DNA of 54,487 bases. Origin: Octopus bimaculoides (Eukaryota). Positions 35,548 through 46,019 of the stretch are shown in pieces. The notes beneath the pieces are model-generated. The model made no database searches and was not told where the DNA came from. It saw only the letters and a program-made list of their open reading frames with translations. The stretch spans positions 23,378,497-23,432,983 of the forward strand of contig NC_068983.1 in assembly GCF_001194135.2 (NCBI RefSeq). The letters run 5' to 3'. The position numbers and the translations under genes were made by a program. The stretch's first letter is position 1, and every line of letters begins with the position of its first letter.

Positions 35548-35933
35548 TATATATATGAATGACAAGCTTCTTTCAGTCTCAAACAAATCCACTTACAAGG
35601 CTTTGGCTGGTCATGGGCTTATAGCAGAACAAACTAACTTGTAAAATCAAGAATTGTCCCTGTGTATGTCTATGTGTGTATGAACATACACACAGATATA
35701 AAAATTGGCTTCTACACAGTTTCTGTCAACCAGATTTCATTCGCAAAGTCTTCAGCTGACTTAAGGCTATGGTAGAAGTTGACTCTCTGTGTGTCAAAGA
35801 TTTGAACCTGGATCGACATAATTGCAAAAAAAATATCTTAACCACATGACAAATCAGTAAATTAAAGATATTGGGGAGATGAAGAGGTGTCAGGCACTAG
35901 AAAATTTAAGTTAGAAGTTTCACTGATACTTAC

Positions 35934-36031
35934 TAATGCATCAACAAGGGCTGTTGCACCATCTTCACTTTCGTTTAAGGTATCCACATCAGTCAATTCC
36001 TGGATGAGGTCAACTACAGCAATTGAAATAT
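35934..36031 (-). CDS. CTNNBL1: CTNNBL1 exon 5
   Basis: 98 nt; (D)ISIAVVDLIQELTDVDTLNESEDGATALVDAL; donor gtaagt. Confidence 0.95.
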
Positions 36032-37222
36032 GTAATACTGTCAAGGAAACACACACTCCTGGTATAAATCTTGTCAGCATCCATTCATTAAACGAATTTA
36101 AATGAATATAACTTGAAACATTGTCTCGTGTCACTGACACTTTGATTCAAGAGGTTAATCCTGGTAAAACACATATTTTCAAGATCTACTTTTCCTAGAC
36201 AAAGGGTATCAGGCAATCAATACTGTTTATAGAAGGAAGAAACATTAGGTAGCTTCTACATGGTTACTGAACTTGCTAAATCTCCATCAAATTACATTTG
36301 TCTTGTCTCGAGAAAAAGAAACAAAAGACATAATGGATAATGCATTCCTAGATAACATTAATAATGGTCATGGCTAGAACATCTTCGATCATAGACTTGC
36401 TAGATGGATGTTGACCTCGGGCTAAAATCATCAAAAATTTGTTTGGTGATAAGTCCAACCACTAAAACCAAAAAATACTCACTGCGCTACGTGCTAAGTG
36501 CTGTTATTAGTTGAAGTAGTGCAATACTTAAAGCTAGATGCATTGTCACTGAGAGTTAAGTGTCTTGGCCATGAACTCAGTATAGAACTAGGAATTGCAT
36601 GTGAACTATTTACACTTTGATTCATTAAGCAGTACTTTGCCAATGCAACTGTGGCACTCTCTTTCACACATAGTATAAAGCCATTAAATTGTGTTAGTAA
36701 TAACACTTAAACCTTGCTAAAAACTAGTTATTGTACATTTTCATTGGGAAAGATATGTAAAATAGGATGTTGATCAAATGAAGGAGAGTTTTATTTGTAA
36801 AATAGAAAAAGAAATAATAAACAAAAGCAAACCTCCACCGAGGCAACACCAACGTCCTCCCAATGATTAACCGGAGATGTTTATTAAAATGAGAATAACT
36901 GAAATAAACTAGACTGCTCTAACAAACAAGAATACTAAAAATGAACCCGACTGTTCTCAAAAATTAAGTAAAAAAAACAGGAAAAATAATCTGGAATCCT
37001 TGTCTGGTACCGGATCGATCCCAAAATCTAATCAGGTTGTGCCAGTCACAAGGTAGACATCCCTGGAAGTTTTATCCGAATCCATGCAGCGGTTCTTGAG
37101 ATATCTTGTCCATGGACAAATAAACAAACAAACGTGGCTGAAAAAATTACCTCCGCCTTTGCTAAGGCGGAGGTAATAAAACACACAACAAACAAAAACA
37201 AGTTGTCATACACAAAGGATAT
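36032..37222 (-). other. CTNNBL1: U12-type (minor spliceosome) AT-AC intron 4 of CTNNBL1
   Basis: 5' ss /ATATCCTTTG (37222-37213); branch box TTCCTTGAC (36048-36040); 3' ss TAC/ (36034-36032). Splicing restores the conserved DNTDISIAVVDL. Confidence 0.93.
36825..37179 (-). mobile_element. Non-autonomous Helentron/HINE-like element inside the U12 intron
   Basis: Begins TTATTACCTCCGCC with a 14-bp hairpin (37146-37177), then a GTTT microsatellite-like tract, and ends GGTGGAGGTTTGC (inverted subterminal repeat 36831-36839). Family assignment from recalled architecture. Confidence 0.6.
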
Positions 37223-37362
37223 CAGTGTTGTCATGTGTTAATAACTGTAATAGTGACTGTACAGTGTTTAGTTCTACTAAAACATGATAGAGTGCAGGCA
37301 CAGTTGCTACCACATGCATTTCATGGAGGACATCATTCAGTTCCATTTCAGATTCCATAAAC
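37223..37362 (-). CDS. CTNNBL1: CTNNBL1 exon 4
   Basis: 140 nt; FMESEMELNDVLHEMHVVATVPALYHVLVELNTVQSLLQLLTHDNT+G, followed by the ATATCCTTT donor. Confidence 0.95.
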
Positions 37363-38055
37363 CTGTAAAAGAATATTACAGAACACATTATAAGAGAAGA
37401 AAGAATAAAATGTTCAACAGATGTAGTAATAAATAAATGCAGTATAGAAGAAGGAAAATGAAAATATATTTCTAATATGAATAGGTGTACTAGAATTAGC
37501 AAAATTTCATAATCTGCTTCTTGATTAGTTGTAATAATGAAGATACATTAAAAAATATGGTTATAGAAAATTGCAAACTTTAATCTGTCATATGAACTGA
37601 AATTTGTATATTAACATGAAAAAATGACCAAAAGCCTCCATTCTGATGCAGCTTTGGACATCAAATGAAGATATATTTGTAATTCTTGAATGATTTAAAA
37701 ATGATGAACTGATAAAAAATGTGATTAAAAAAAAAAAAAGACTTAGTAAAACGGTCACAAAAAATTGCCTCAGCTGGCTTTATCATCAGCTAACTCCCAA
37801 AACCCAGCACCTATTTCTCACCTACTGTATGTTCTACCAACAGTCAACCTGCCAGAATTCAAGCTGAACATAGATTGCATTGAAAATCTCCTATGTAAGA
37901 TACTTGTAAATGTTACAGGCATTAACACCTCTGCCTAGAGTAAAATGTAATTAAAAAAAAAAAAAAAAAATCCAACTATTGCACAATCTAGAAATATCCA
38001 ACAAAACCATTACGACAAAGTAGAAGGTTTAAAAAAAGTATTGTATTATGTTTAC

Positions 38056-38162
38056 TTTTCTGGCATATCAGGAAATTTGACTCTCATTTCTTGATTTTTG
38101 TAGACTCGTTTTTCAAATTGAAGCAGCATTCTTTTCAGAGCAATTTCATCCAGAACATCAAT
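38056..38162 (-). CDS. CTNNBL1: CTNNBL1 exon 3
   Basis: 107 nt, AG..GT; IDVLDEIALKRMLLQFEKRVYKNQEMRVKFPDMPE(K). Confidence 0.96.
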
Positions 38163-38380
38163 CTGTAAGGTAAGCAGAAAATATTTGATCTATATTTTAA
38201 CAATAATTTCATTTCATGTAATAATTCTGATCATATTTGCCTACCAATTGATCTCAGTTAATTGGACTGCAGCTATGCTGGAGCTCATTGTCTTCAAGGG
38301 TTTTAATTGAGCATAATAGTTTGAAAAAATTTGCAATATTTCATCAACCACCAAGTTTTATATTGTGTTCTTGTAAAGTA

Positions 38381-38765
38381 TTTTACTCTTTTGCTTGTTT
38401 CAGTCATTTGACTGTGGCCATGCTGGAACACCACCTTTAGTCGAGCAAATCGACCCCAGGACTTATTCTTTGGAAGCCTAGTACTCATTCTATCGGCCTC
38501 TTTTGCCGAACCGCTAAGTTACGGGGATGTAAACACACCAGCATCGGTTGTCAACTGATAGTGGGGGGACAAACACAGACACATAAACATATACACACAC
38601 ATACATATATACGACGGACTTCCTTCAGTTTCCGTCTACCAAATCCACTCACAAGGCATTGGTCGGCCCAAGGCTATAGTAGAAGATACTTGCCCAAGGT
38701 GCCACGCAGTGGGACTGAACCCAGAACCATGTAGTCGGTAAGCAAGCTACTTACTACACAGCAAC
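38381..38765 (-). mobile_element. SINE family B, full length, abutting an RTE ORF fragment
   Basis: Same head, internal microsatellite and tail as the 13041 copy. Confidence 0.85.
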
Positions 38766-38789
38766 CACATAATTTGGGATTCAGTCTCA

Positions 38790-39135
38790 CTTTGACCCTT
38801 GTCTTACTGGGTGTCCTGCTTCCACAAGTTCCATCCACTTTAAGTGATTGGCACTTCTTTAAGCAACTGTCCTCATCCATATGCATCACATGATCAAACC
38901 AGCACAGTCTTTTCTCTTGCATACTGCATCTAATTCCTCATATGCCTAACTTTTTTCTCAATACACTAGCACTCTGTTGTACATGTACACTGACACTGCG
39001 CAGCCAACAGAGCATATTAGGTCCTTCCCCTCTAGTCTTTGCATGTCCTCTGCATTCAGGGCCCATGTCTCTTAGAGAGAGAAACTTCTGGCTGCCAACA
39101 GAGATAAAAGCTCTTTGAAATTTTTTCATTTTATT
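38790..39135 (-). mobile_element. RTE LINE RT C-terminal fragment
   Basis: SVSVHVQQSASVLRKKLGI..MQEKRLCWFDHVMHMDEDSCLKKCQSLKVDGTCG; a + strand equivalent is at about 52021-52190. Confidence 0.8.
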
Positions 39136-39309
39136 CTTATTCTAGCAATTACACTTTCAGTACATCCTCCTCCACTACTAATTAAGTCACTTAGGTAGCA
39201 GTAATTAGCCACTACCTAAAATTTAAATATTCATATACTGAAGTGAATACACACACACACGTTTAAAAACATATATATAATCGAAATCATAATTGAACCA
39301 AATTTGATG

Positions 39310-39746
39310 ACTGGCACCCGTGCCAGTGGAGCGCTAACAGCACTGTCCGAGTGTGATCATTGCCAGGGCAGCTGTCTGGCTTCTGTGCCGGTGGCACGTA
39401 AATAGCATCATTTGAGCATGATTGTTACCAGTGTCGCCTTACTGGCACGTGAAAAATCATTTGAGCGAGGTCATTACCTCTGGACTGGCTCCTGCGCAGG
39501 TGGCACGTAAAAAACACCATTTGAGTGCAGCTATTGCCAGTACCACCTGACTGGCCGTCATGCCGGTGGCACGTAAAAGCACCCATTACACTCTCGGAGT
39601 GGTTGGCATTAGGAAGGGTATCCAGTTGTAGAAACTCTGCCAGATCAGATTGGAGCCTGGTGCAACCATCTGGTTCGCCAGTCCTCAGTCAAATCGTTCA
39701 ACCCATGCTAGCATGGAAAGCGGACATTAAACGATGATGATGATGA
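39310..39746 (+). mobile_element. Family A RTE 3' UTR with four GGCACGT modules and (GAT)n tail
   Basis: Repeated GGCACGT(A/G)AA units, most followed by CATTTGAG; terminal GCATGGAAAGCGGACATTAAACGATGATG. Confidence 0.8.
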
Positions 39747-40004
39747 ATCATAATGAGTGATGTAAAAGTATCCTCTGCGCAGCTTTATATTAATGATTCT
39801 TCTCTAAATCTTACTTCTTAGAGTAGTTTAAATAGTGATGACTATGATTCTACTAGATTACTAGTGCAGTTCACAAAATAATGAGATGGCCTTTGTTTAA
39901 TTGTTTTCATTATTGTTATTATTAATAGTACATTTAAGAATCCATCCAATTCATGCCAACATGAGAAATGGACTTAAAAACGAACGAATGAAATTCATAC
40001 TAAC

Positions 40005-40184
40005 CTCAGGCTCTTCATCCTCAACTATCTGAGCAATTTTGACACGAGTCTCTTCAGACAACTGAGATTCAGCTTTCATCAGATCATTTTCTGATAATTT
40101 ACTTTTCTTAGGATAGTCACTTTCGTTATCATTTTCACCTTCATAATGTCGCTGCCTTTTATGACTGAATCCAGGTTTTTCTGG
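40005..40184 (-). CDS. CTNNBL1: CTNNBL1 exon 2
   Basis: 180 nt, tatag acceptor, GAG/gttagt donor. PEKPGFSHKRQRHYEG...PKKSK...IVEDEEPE (basic NLS-like then acidic). Confidence 0.9.
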
Positions 40185-40185
40185 C

Positions 40186-40187
<2 letters not shown>

Positions 40188-40226
<39 letters not shown>

Positions 40227-40362
40227 CAATAAAGTGATAATAATTATTTCAAATGTTTGTCACGAGGGCAGCTTGGGGGAGGTGGGGATGAGTCGACTAC
40301 ATCAATCCCAGTGTTCAATTGGTACTTTTATTGAGTTCGAAAGGATGAAAGGCAAAGTCGCT
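40188..40362 (-). mobile_element. SINE family C 3' part with (TTA)n tail reaching the CTNNBL1 exon 2 acceptor
   Basis: Reverse complement of GCGACTTTGCCTTTCATCCTTTCG...GACTCATCCCCACCTCCCCCAAG, then an ATT-repeat tail ending at TAG/ 40185. Confidence 0.7.
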
Positions 40363-41265
40363 TTGATAATAATAATAATAATACAAACACTAATACAACA
40401 AAAGACTGCACCGCACCCCATAAAAAAAAAAAAAAAAACAGAAACTGATGCAATGCAATACTGGGAAGTTTGTACACTCCCAACAACAAAAATAGAACAC
40501 ACAATGCTGCACATACTCCAGCAACACGGAGGTGTAGTAGAAATTGCCAGAAACTAACAATGATAATAATAAAAATAATAGTAATAACAACAACAACCCA
40601 CAAACACAAGACACACTTTACACAATAAATATCCAATAAGATAAACAACCTCCACGACATGTACTCTAGAGGCCATACACCCAACAGAAGAACACAACTC
40701 GCATTACACACACAACACACACTAATACAACATAAGGCTGCAACCAAAGCCCATAACAAAACAAACATGCAATACAAAACCAGGAAGAGCTTGCACTCCC
40801 CCAACAGTAAAAATGAACACACAATGCTGCACACACATCAGGTGTAGCAGGTGATGCAGTAGAAATCTGCTTGAAACTATCAAATGTCAAATAATAAAAA
40901 TAATAATGGTTTCAAATTTTGGCACAAGGCCAACAACTTTTTTGGGGGTGGGGATAAGTCTTATTTTATCAACCCAGTAAGGTTGAGAGGTGAAGTTAAC
41001 CCCAGCAATATTTGAACCTAGAATGTAAAGACGGATGGATGTTGCTAAACGTTTCACCTGGTGTGCTAACGGTTCTGCCAGCTCACCACCATAATCATCA
41101 TCATCATTTAACGTCCGCTTTCCATGCTAGCATGGGATGGATGATTTGACTGAGGACTGGTGAACCAGATGGCTACACCAGGCTCCAATCTGATTTGGCA
41201 GAGTTTCTACAGCTGGATGCCCTTCCTAATGCCAACCACTCCGAGAGTGTAGTGGGTGCTTTAAC

Positions 41266-41304
<39 letters not shown>

Positions 41305-41308
<4 letters not shown>

Positions 41309-41493
41309 GTCCTTTCTACTATAGGTACTAGGCCTGAAATTTTAGGGAAGGGGGCCAGTTGATTCGATTGACCTCGAAAGGATGAAAGGCAAAATCGATC
41401 TCAGCAGAATTTGAACTCAGAACGTAACGGCAGATGAAATACCGCTAAGCATTTCGCCCAGCATGCTAACGATTCTGCCAGCTTGCCACCTTC

Positions 41494-41495
<2 letters not shown>
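41305..41495 (-). mobile_element. SINE family C, young-looking copy between (TAA)n tracts
   Basis: AAGCTGGCAGAATCGTTAGCATGC...TTACGTTCTGAGTTCAAATTC...GCCTTTCATCCTTTCGAGG. Confidence 0.8.
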
Positions 41496-41529
<34 letters not shown>

Positions 41530-42544
41530 TAGTAGTAATAGTAGTAGAAGATGATGATAGCTTTTGCTTAATTGACAATGTTTTCAAAAGAATCAAAAAT
41601 GATAAATGTACAAAATGGATGAGAAAAATGCAATAATACAAAGAACATAATTAAGATAACTTGAAAGTACTTTAGCAACTTAAATTTCTAGTTAAACCAG
41701 TACACAAGAGGTTGTAGTAACGATATTTAGTGAATAAATAAAGAATCAATCAGCTGACCAATAACTATTAATTCTCTAAAACAAAAACAAATTTTTGCAT
41801 AAGCTTTACATACAAACAACCTGCTTACCAGTAATATATATATATCCCTGATACATACAGGATGAGGTGAAAGTCATGTGCCATAGGAATTAATTAATTA
41901 ATAATGTTTTAAATGTCTAATTTCTTCTGATATCTTCTTATTTGCGGAAACAATTTTGATGAATTAAGATGAGTGAAAAACTAACAAAGGATGAATGAGT
42001 TATCTTTGTGTTCATGTATTGGAAAGCAGATGCTACTCACAGATCTGTTTAAGAGGAACTCAACAGGCAGAATTGATAAGTGTAATTAATCCTTTTAAAG
42101 AAACTAGTAGTGTTGCTGACCGCCCTTGAAGCAGCAGACCAAAAAGTGCAACCAATCCAACATCAATGGTGGAATTGAAAATGAATGCAGTAAAATAACA
42201 GAGGAAACTCTGATGTGTTAACCCTTTAGTGTTCAGATTACTCTATCAGATACTCTTTTACTTGTTTCAGTCATTTTGACTGCGGCCATGCTGGAGCACC
42301 GCCTTTAGTCGAGTAAATCGCCCCCAGGACTTATTCTTTGGAAGCCTAGTACTTATTCTATCGGTCTCTTTTGCTGAACCGCTAAGTTACGGGGACGTAA
42401 ACACACCAGCATCGGTTGTCAAGCGATGGTGGGGGTGGGGACAAACACAGACACACAAACACATACATATATATACATATCCACTCATAAGGTTTTGGTT
42501 GGCCTGAGGCTATAAAGAAACACTTGCACAAGTTGTCACACAGT

Positions 42545-43499
42545 NNNNNNNNNNNNNNNNNNNNNNNNNNNNNNNNNNNNNNNNNNNNNNNNNNNNNNNN
42601 NNNNNNNNNNNNNNNNNNNNNNNNNNNNNNNNNNNNNNNNNNNNNNNNNNNNNNNNNNNNNNNNNNNNNNNNNNNNNNNNNNNNNNNNNNNNNNNNNNNN
42701 NNNNNNNNNNNNNNNNNNNNNNNNNNNNNNNNNNNNNNNNNNNNNNNNNNNNNNNNNNNNNNNNNNNNNNNNNNNNNNNNNNNNNNNNNNNNNNNNNNNN
42801 NNNNNNNNNNNNNNNNNNNNNNNNNNNNNNNNNNNNNNNNNNNNNNNNNNNNNNNNNNNNNNNNNNNNNNNNNNNNNNNNNNNNNNNNNNNNNNNNNNNN
42901 NNNNNNNNNNNNNNNNNNNNNNNNNNNNNNNNNNNNNNNNNNNNNNNNNNNNNNNNNNNNNNNNNNNNNNNNNNNNNNNNNNNNNNNNNNNNNNNNNNNN
43001 NNNNNNNNNNNNNNNNNNNNNNNNNNNNNNNNNNNNNNNNNNNNNNNNNNNNNNNNNNNNNNNNNNNNNNNNNNNNNNNNNNNNNNNNNNNNNNNNNNNN
43101 NNNNNNNNNNNNNNNNNNNNNNNNNNNNNNNNNNNNNNNNNNNNNNNNNNNNNNNNNNNNNNNNNNNNNNNNNNNNNNNNNNNNNNNNNNNNNNNNNNNN
43201 NNNNNNNNNNNNNNNNNNNNNNNNNNNNNNNNNNNNNNNNNNNNNNNNNNNNNNNNNNNNNNNNNNNNNNNNNNNNNNNNNNNNNNNNNNNNNNNNNNNN
43301 NNNNNNNNNNNNNNNNNNNNNNNNNNNNNNNNNNNNNNNNNNNNNNNNNNNNNNNNNNNNNNNNNNNNNNNNNNNNNNNNNNNNNNNNNNNNNNNNNNNN
43401 NNNNNNNNNNNNNNNNNNNNNNNNNNNNNNNNNNNNNNNNNNNNNNNNNNNNNNNNNNNNNNNNNNNNNNNNNNNNNNNNNNNNNNNNNNNNNNNNNNN
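42545..43499. other. Largest assembly gap
   Basis: N-run. Other gaps: 4534-4700, 15661-15918, 30683-30692, 44607-45196, 46928-47010, 47757-48268. No coding exon appears missing, since both CDSs join in frame. Confidence 0.99.
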
Positions 43500-43777
43500 C
43501 CTATACAATATAATAATAAAACTTTTTAGTGCCCTGACATAGCCATGTACGACAAAACAGTACAATTATCATCGTAATTTTAAAGAACACTTTTCCATGC
43601 TTGCATGGGTCAGACAGAGTTTACTGAAGTAGATTTTTTTACAACTGGATGTTCTTCCTGTAACCAACCCTCACCTATATCCAAGCAACATAATATTTCC
43701 TTATTGCCAGACGTTTCCACAGAAAATTGGAAATGAATGCCACTGCTGGTAAGACAGTGACATTCACAACTATCAGT

Positions 43778-43813
<36 letters not shown>

Positions 43814-44256
43814 CCACTCATAAGGTTTTGGTTGGCCTGAGGCTATAAAGAAACACTTGCACAAGTTGTCACACAGTAAGACTGAACCCAGAACCTTGTG
43901 GTTGGGAAGCAACCTTCTTACCCCACAATCATGCCTGCACCTTATGTACTGGTTTTGGTACAGTTTTGTACATATTGTTCTGTTTCCATATGGAAATATC
44001 TGTATATTGTCCAGTGGTTATAATTACCAACTTATTAATATACATGATGATGATCATCATCATCGTTTAACATCCGCCTTCCATGCTGGCATTGGTGGGA
44101 CGGTTTGACAAAAGCTGGCTAGGCAGAAGCCTGCACCAGACTTCTGTAACTGTTTTAGCAAGATTTTTACAGCTGGATGCCCTTCCTAATACCAACCATT
44201 CAGCAGAGTGGACTTAGTGCTTTTTACGTGACACAAGCACAGGCACGATATATGTA

Positions 44257-44298
<42 letters not shown>

Positions 44299-45196
44299 TA
44301 CATATATCGTGGACTCTCCCATTGTTAGATGACGTATGAGGATTTGGCAATTTCTTGCTGAACAACCACACACAAGATTTGTTTATAGTGATCAAATGTT
44401 TGTGTAGACATAAGCACCTGAACAGGTGCACTGTGTTCCACGTCTGATTCTGAAATGATCGCAGAGCAACATGAAATGAAGTGCTTTGCTCAAGAACACA
44501 ACGCAATGCCCGGTCTAGGAATTGAACTCATGATCTTGCAATTGTGAGTGTAACACTCTAACCACTAAGCCATGCACCATCACTATATATATATATATAT
44601 ATATATNNNNNNNNNNNNNNNNNNNNNNNNNNNNNNNNNNNNNNNNNNNNNNNNNNNNNNNNNNNNNNNNNNNNNNNNNNNNNNNNNNNNNNNNNNNNNN
44701 NNNNNNNNNNNNNNNNNNNNNNNNNNNNNNNNNNNNNNNNNNNNNNNNNNNNNNNNNNNNNNNNNNNNNNNNNNNNNNNNNNNNNNNNNNNNNNNNNNNN
44801 NNNNNNNNNNNNNNNNNNNNNNNNNNNNNNNNNNNNNNNNNNNNNNNNNNNNNNNNNNNNNNNNNNNNNNNNNNNNNNNNNNNNNNNNNNNNNNNNNNNN
44901 NNNNNNNNNNNNNNNNNNNNNNNNNNNNNNNNNNNNNNNNNNNNNNNNNNNNNNNNNNNNNNNNNNNNNNNNNNNNNNNNNNNNNNNNNNNNNNNNNNNN
45001 NNNNNNNNNNNNNNNNNNNNNNNNNNNNNNNNNNNNNNNNNNNNNNNNNNNNNNNNNNNNNNNNNNNNNNNNNNNNNNNNNNNNNNNNNNNNNNNNNNNN
45101 NNNNNNNNNNNNNNNNNNNNNNNNNNNNNNNNNNNNNNNNNNNNNNNNNNNNNNNNNNNNNNNNNNNNNNNNNNNNNNNNNNNNNNNNNNNNNNNN

Positions 45197-45244
<48 letters not shown>

Positions 45245-45809
45245 TATATAGCAATATGTGTGTGTGTGTCTGTGTTTGTCCCCCACCAACACTTGACAAC
45301 TAGTGCTAGTGTATTTATGTCCCTGTAACTTAGCAGTTCGGAAAAAGAGACTGGCAGAATAAGAACCATGCTTAAAATAAAAGTACTGGGGTTGATTTGT
45401 TTAACTAAAATTCTTCAATCCGGTGCTCCAGCATGGCTGCAGTTTAATAGTTAAATGACTGAAACAAGTAAAAGATAAAAGATGACACTGATATAATTGG
45501 AATAATCTGGGAAATGTATGTCCTGACTGGTAAAGCAGGACAATGTGAGTTGCTCAGATATTACAATCAAAGACAGAAATGAAGACATCCATTGATACAC
45601 ATTTCAATTCCTTCTGATCAAAACATTATCATGAAAGGAGCCACCAAAGATGTCAAAATACAAGAGCCTCAAAATGGAAGCAGGATGGGATACAAGAGTA
45701 CAAAATAGTAGTGCACTGGATATGCACAAACACAAAAGTCATACCAGGGCTCGCACAACACACAACCCCAAAAGTTAGTCTTACTAAATATGGTAACATA
45801 ACTCAGTTG

Positions 45810-46019
45810 AATTAAACCCAATAAAGTACTGCTTATTTATTCACATAATTTTGAATTAATCATATATTGTCTCATAGCTTCAAGACTTCGATGAACTGAT
45901 TGTTTATTTTTAGAATGACATTTTAGGGTAGGTGTGAGAAGCTGTATCTGGCCAGTTTGAACATAAAACAGATAGAATATTTGGGCTGGATATGGCCAGT
46001 TTAAATGCTAAAGGGTTGA
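45810..46019 (-). mobile_element. TTAA-flanked MITE (family F), one end decayed
   Basis: Ends TTTAAATGCTAAAGGGTTGA; interior matches 31724-31948. A terminal fragment of the family is also at 42218-42250. Confidence 0.65.

Noticed and set aside
39310-39600. CRISPR-like repeat-spacer array
   Set aside because: Units are degenerate and variable in length, lie inside a eukaryotic retroelement UTR, and no cas genes are present.
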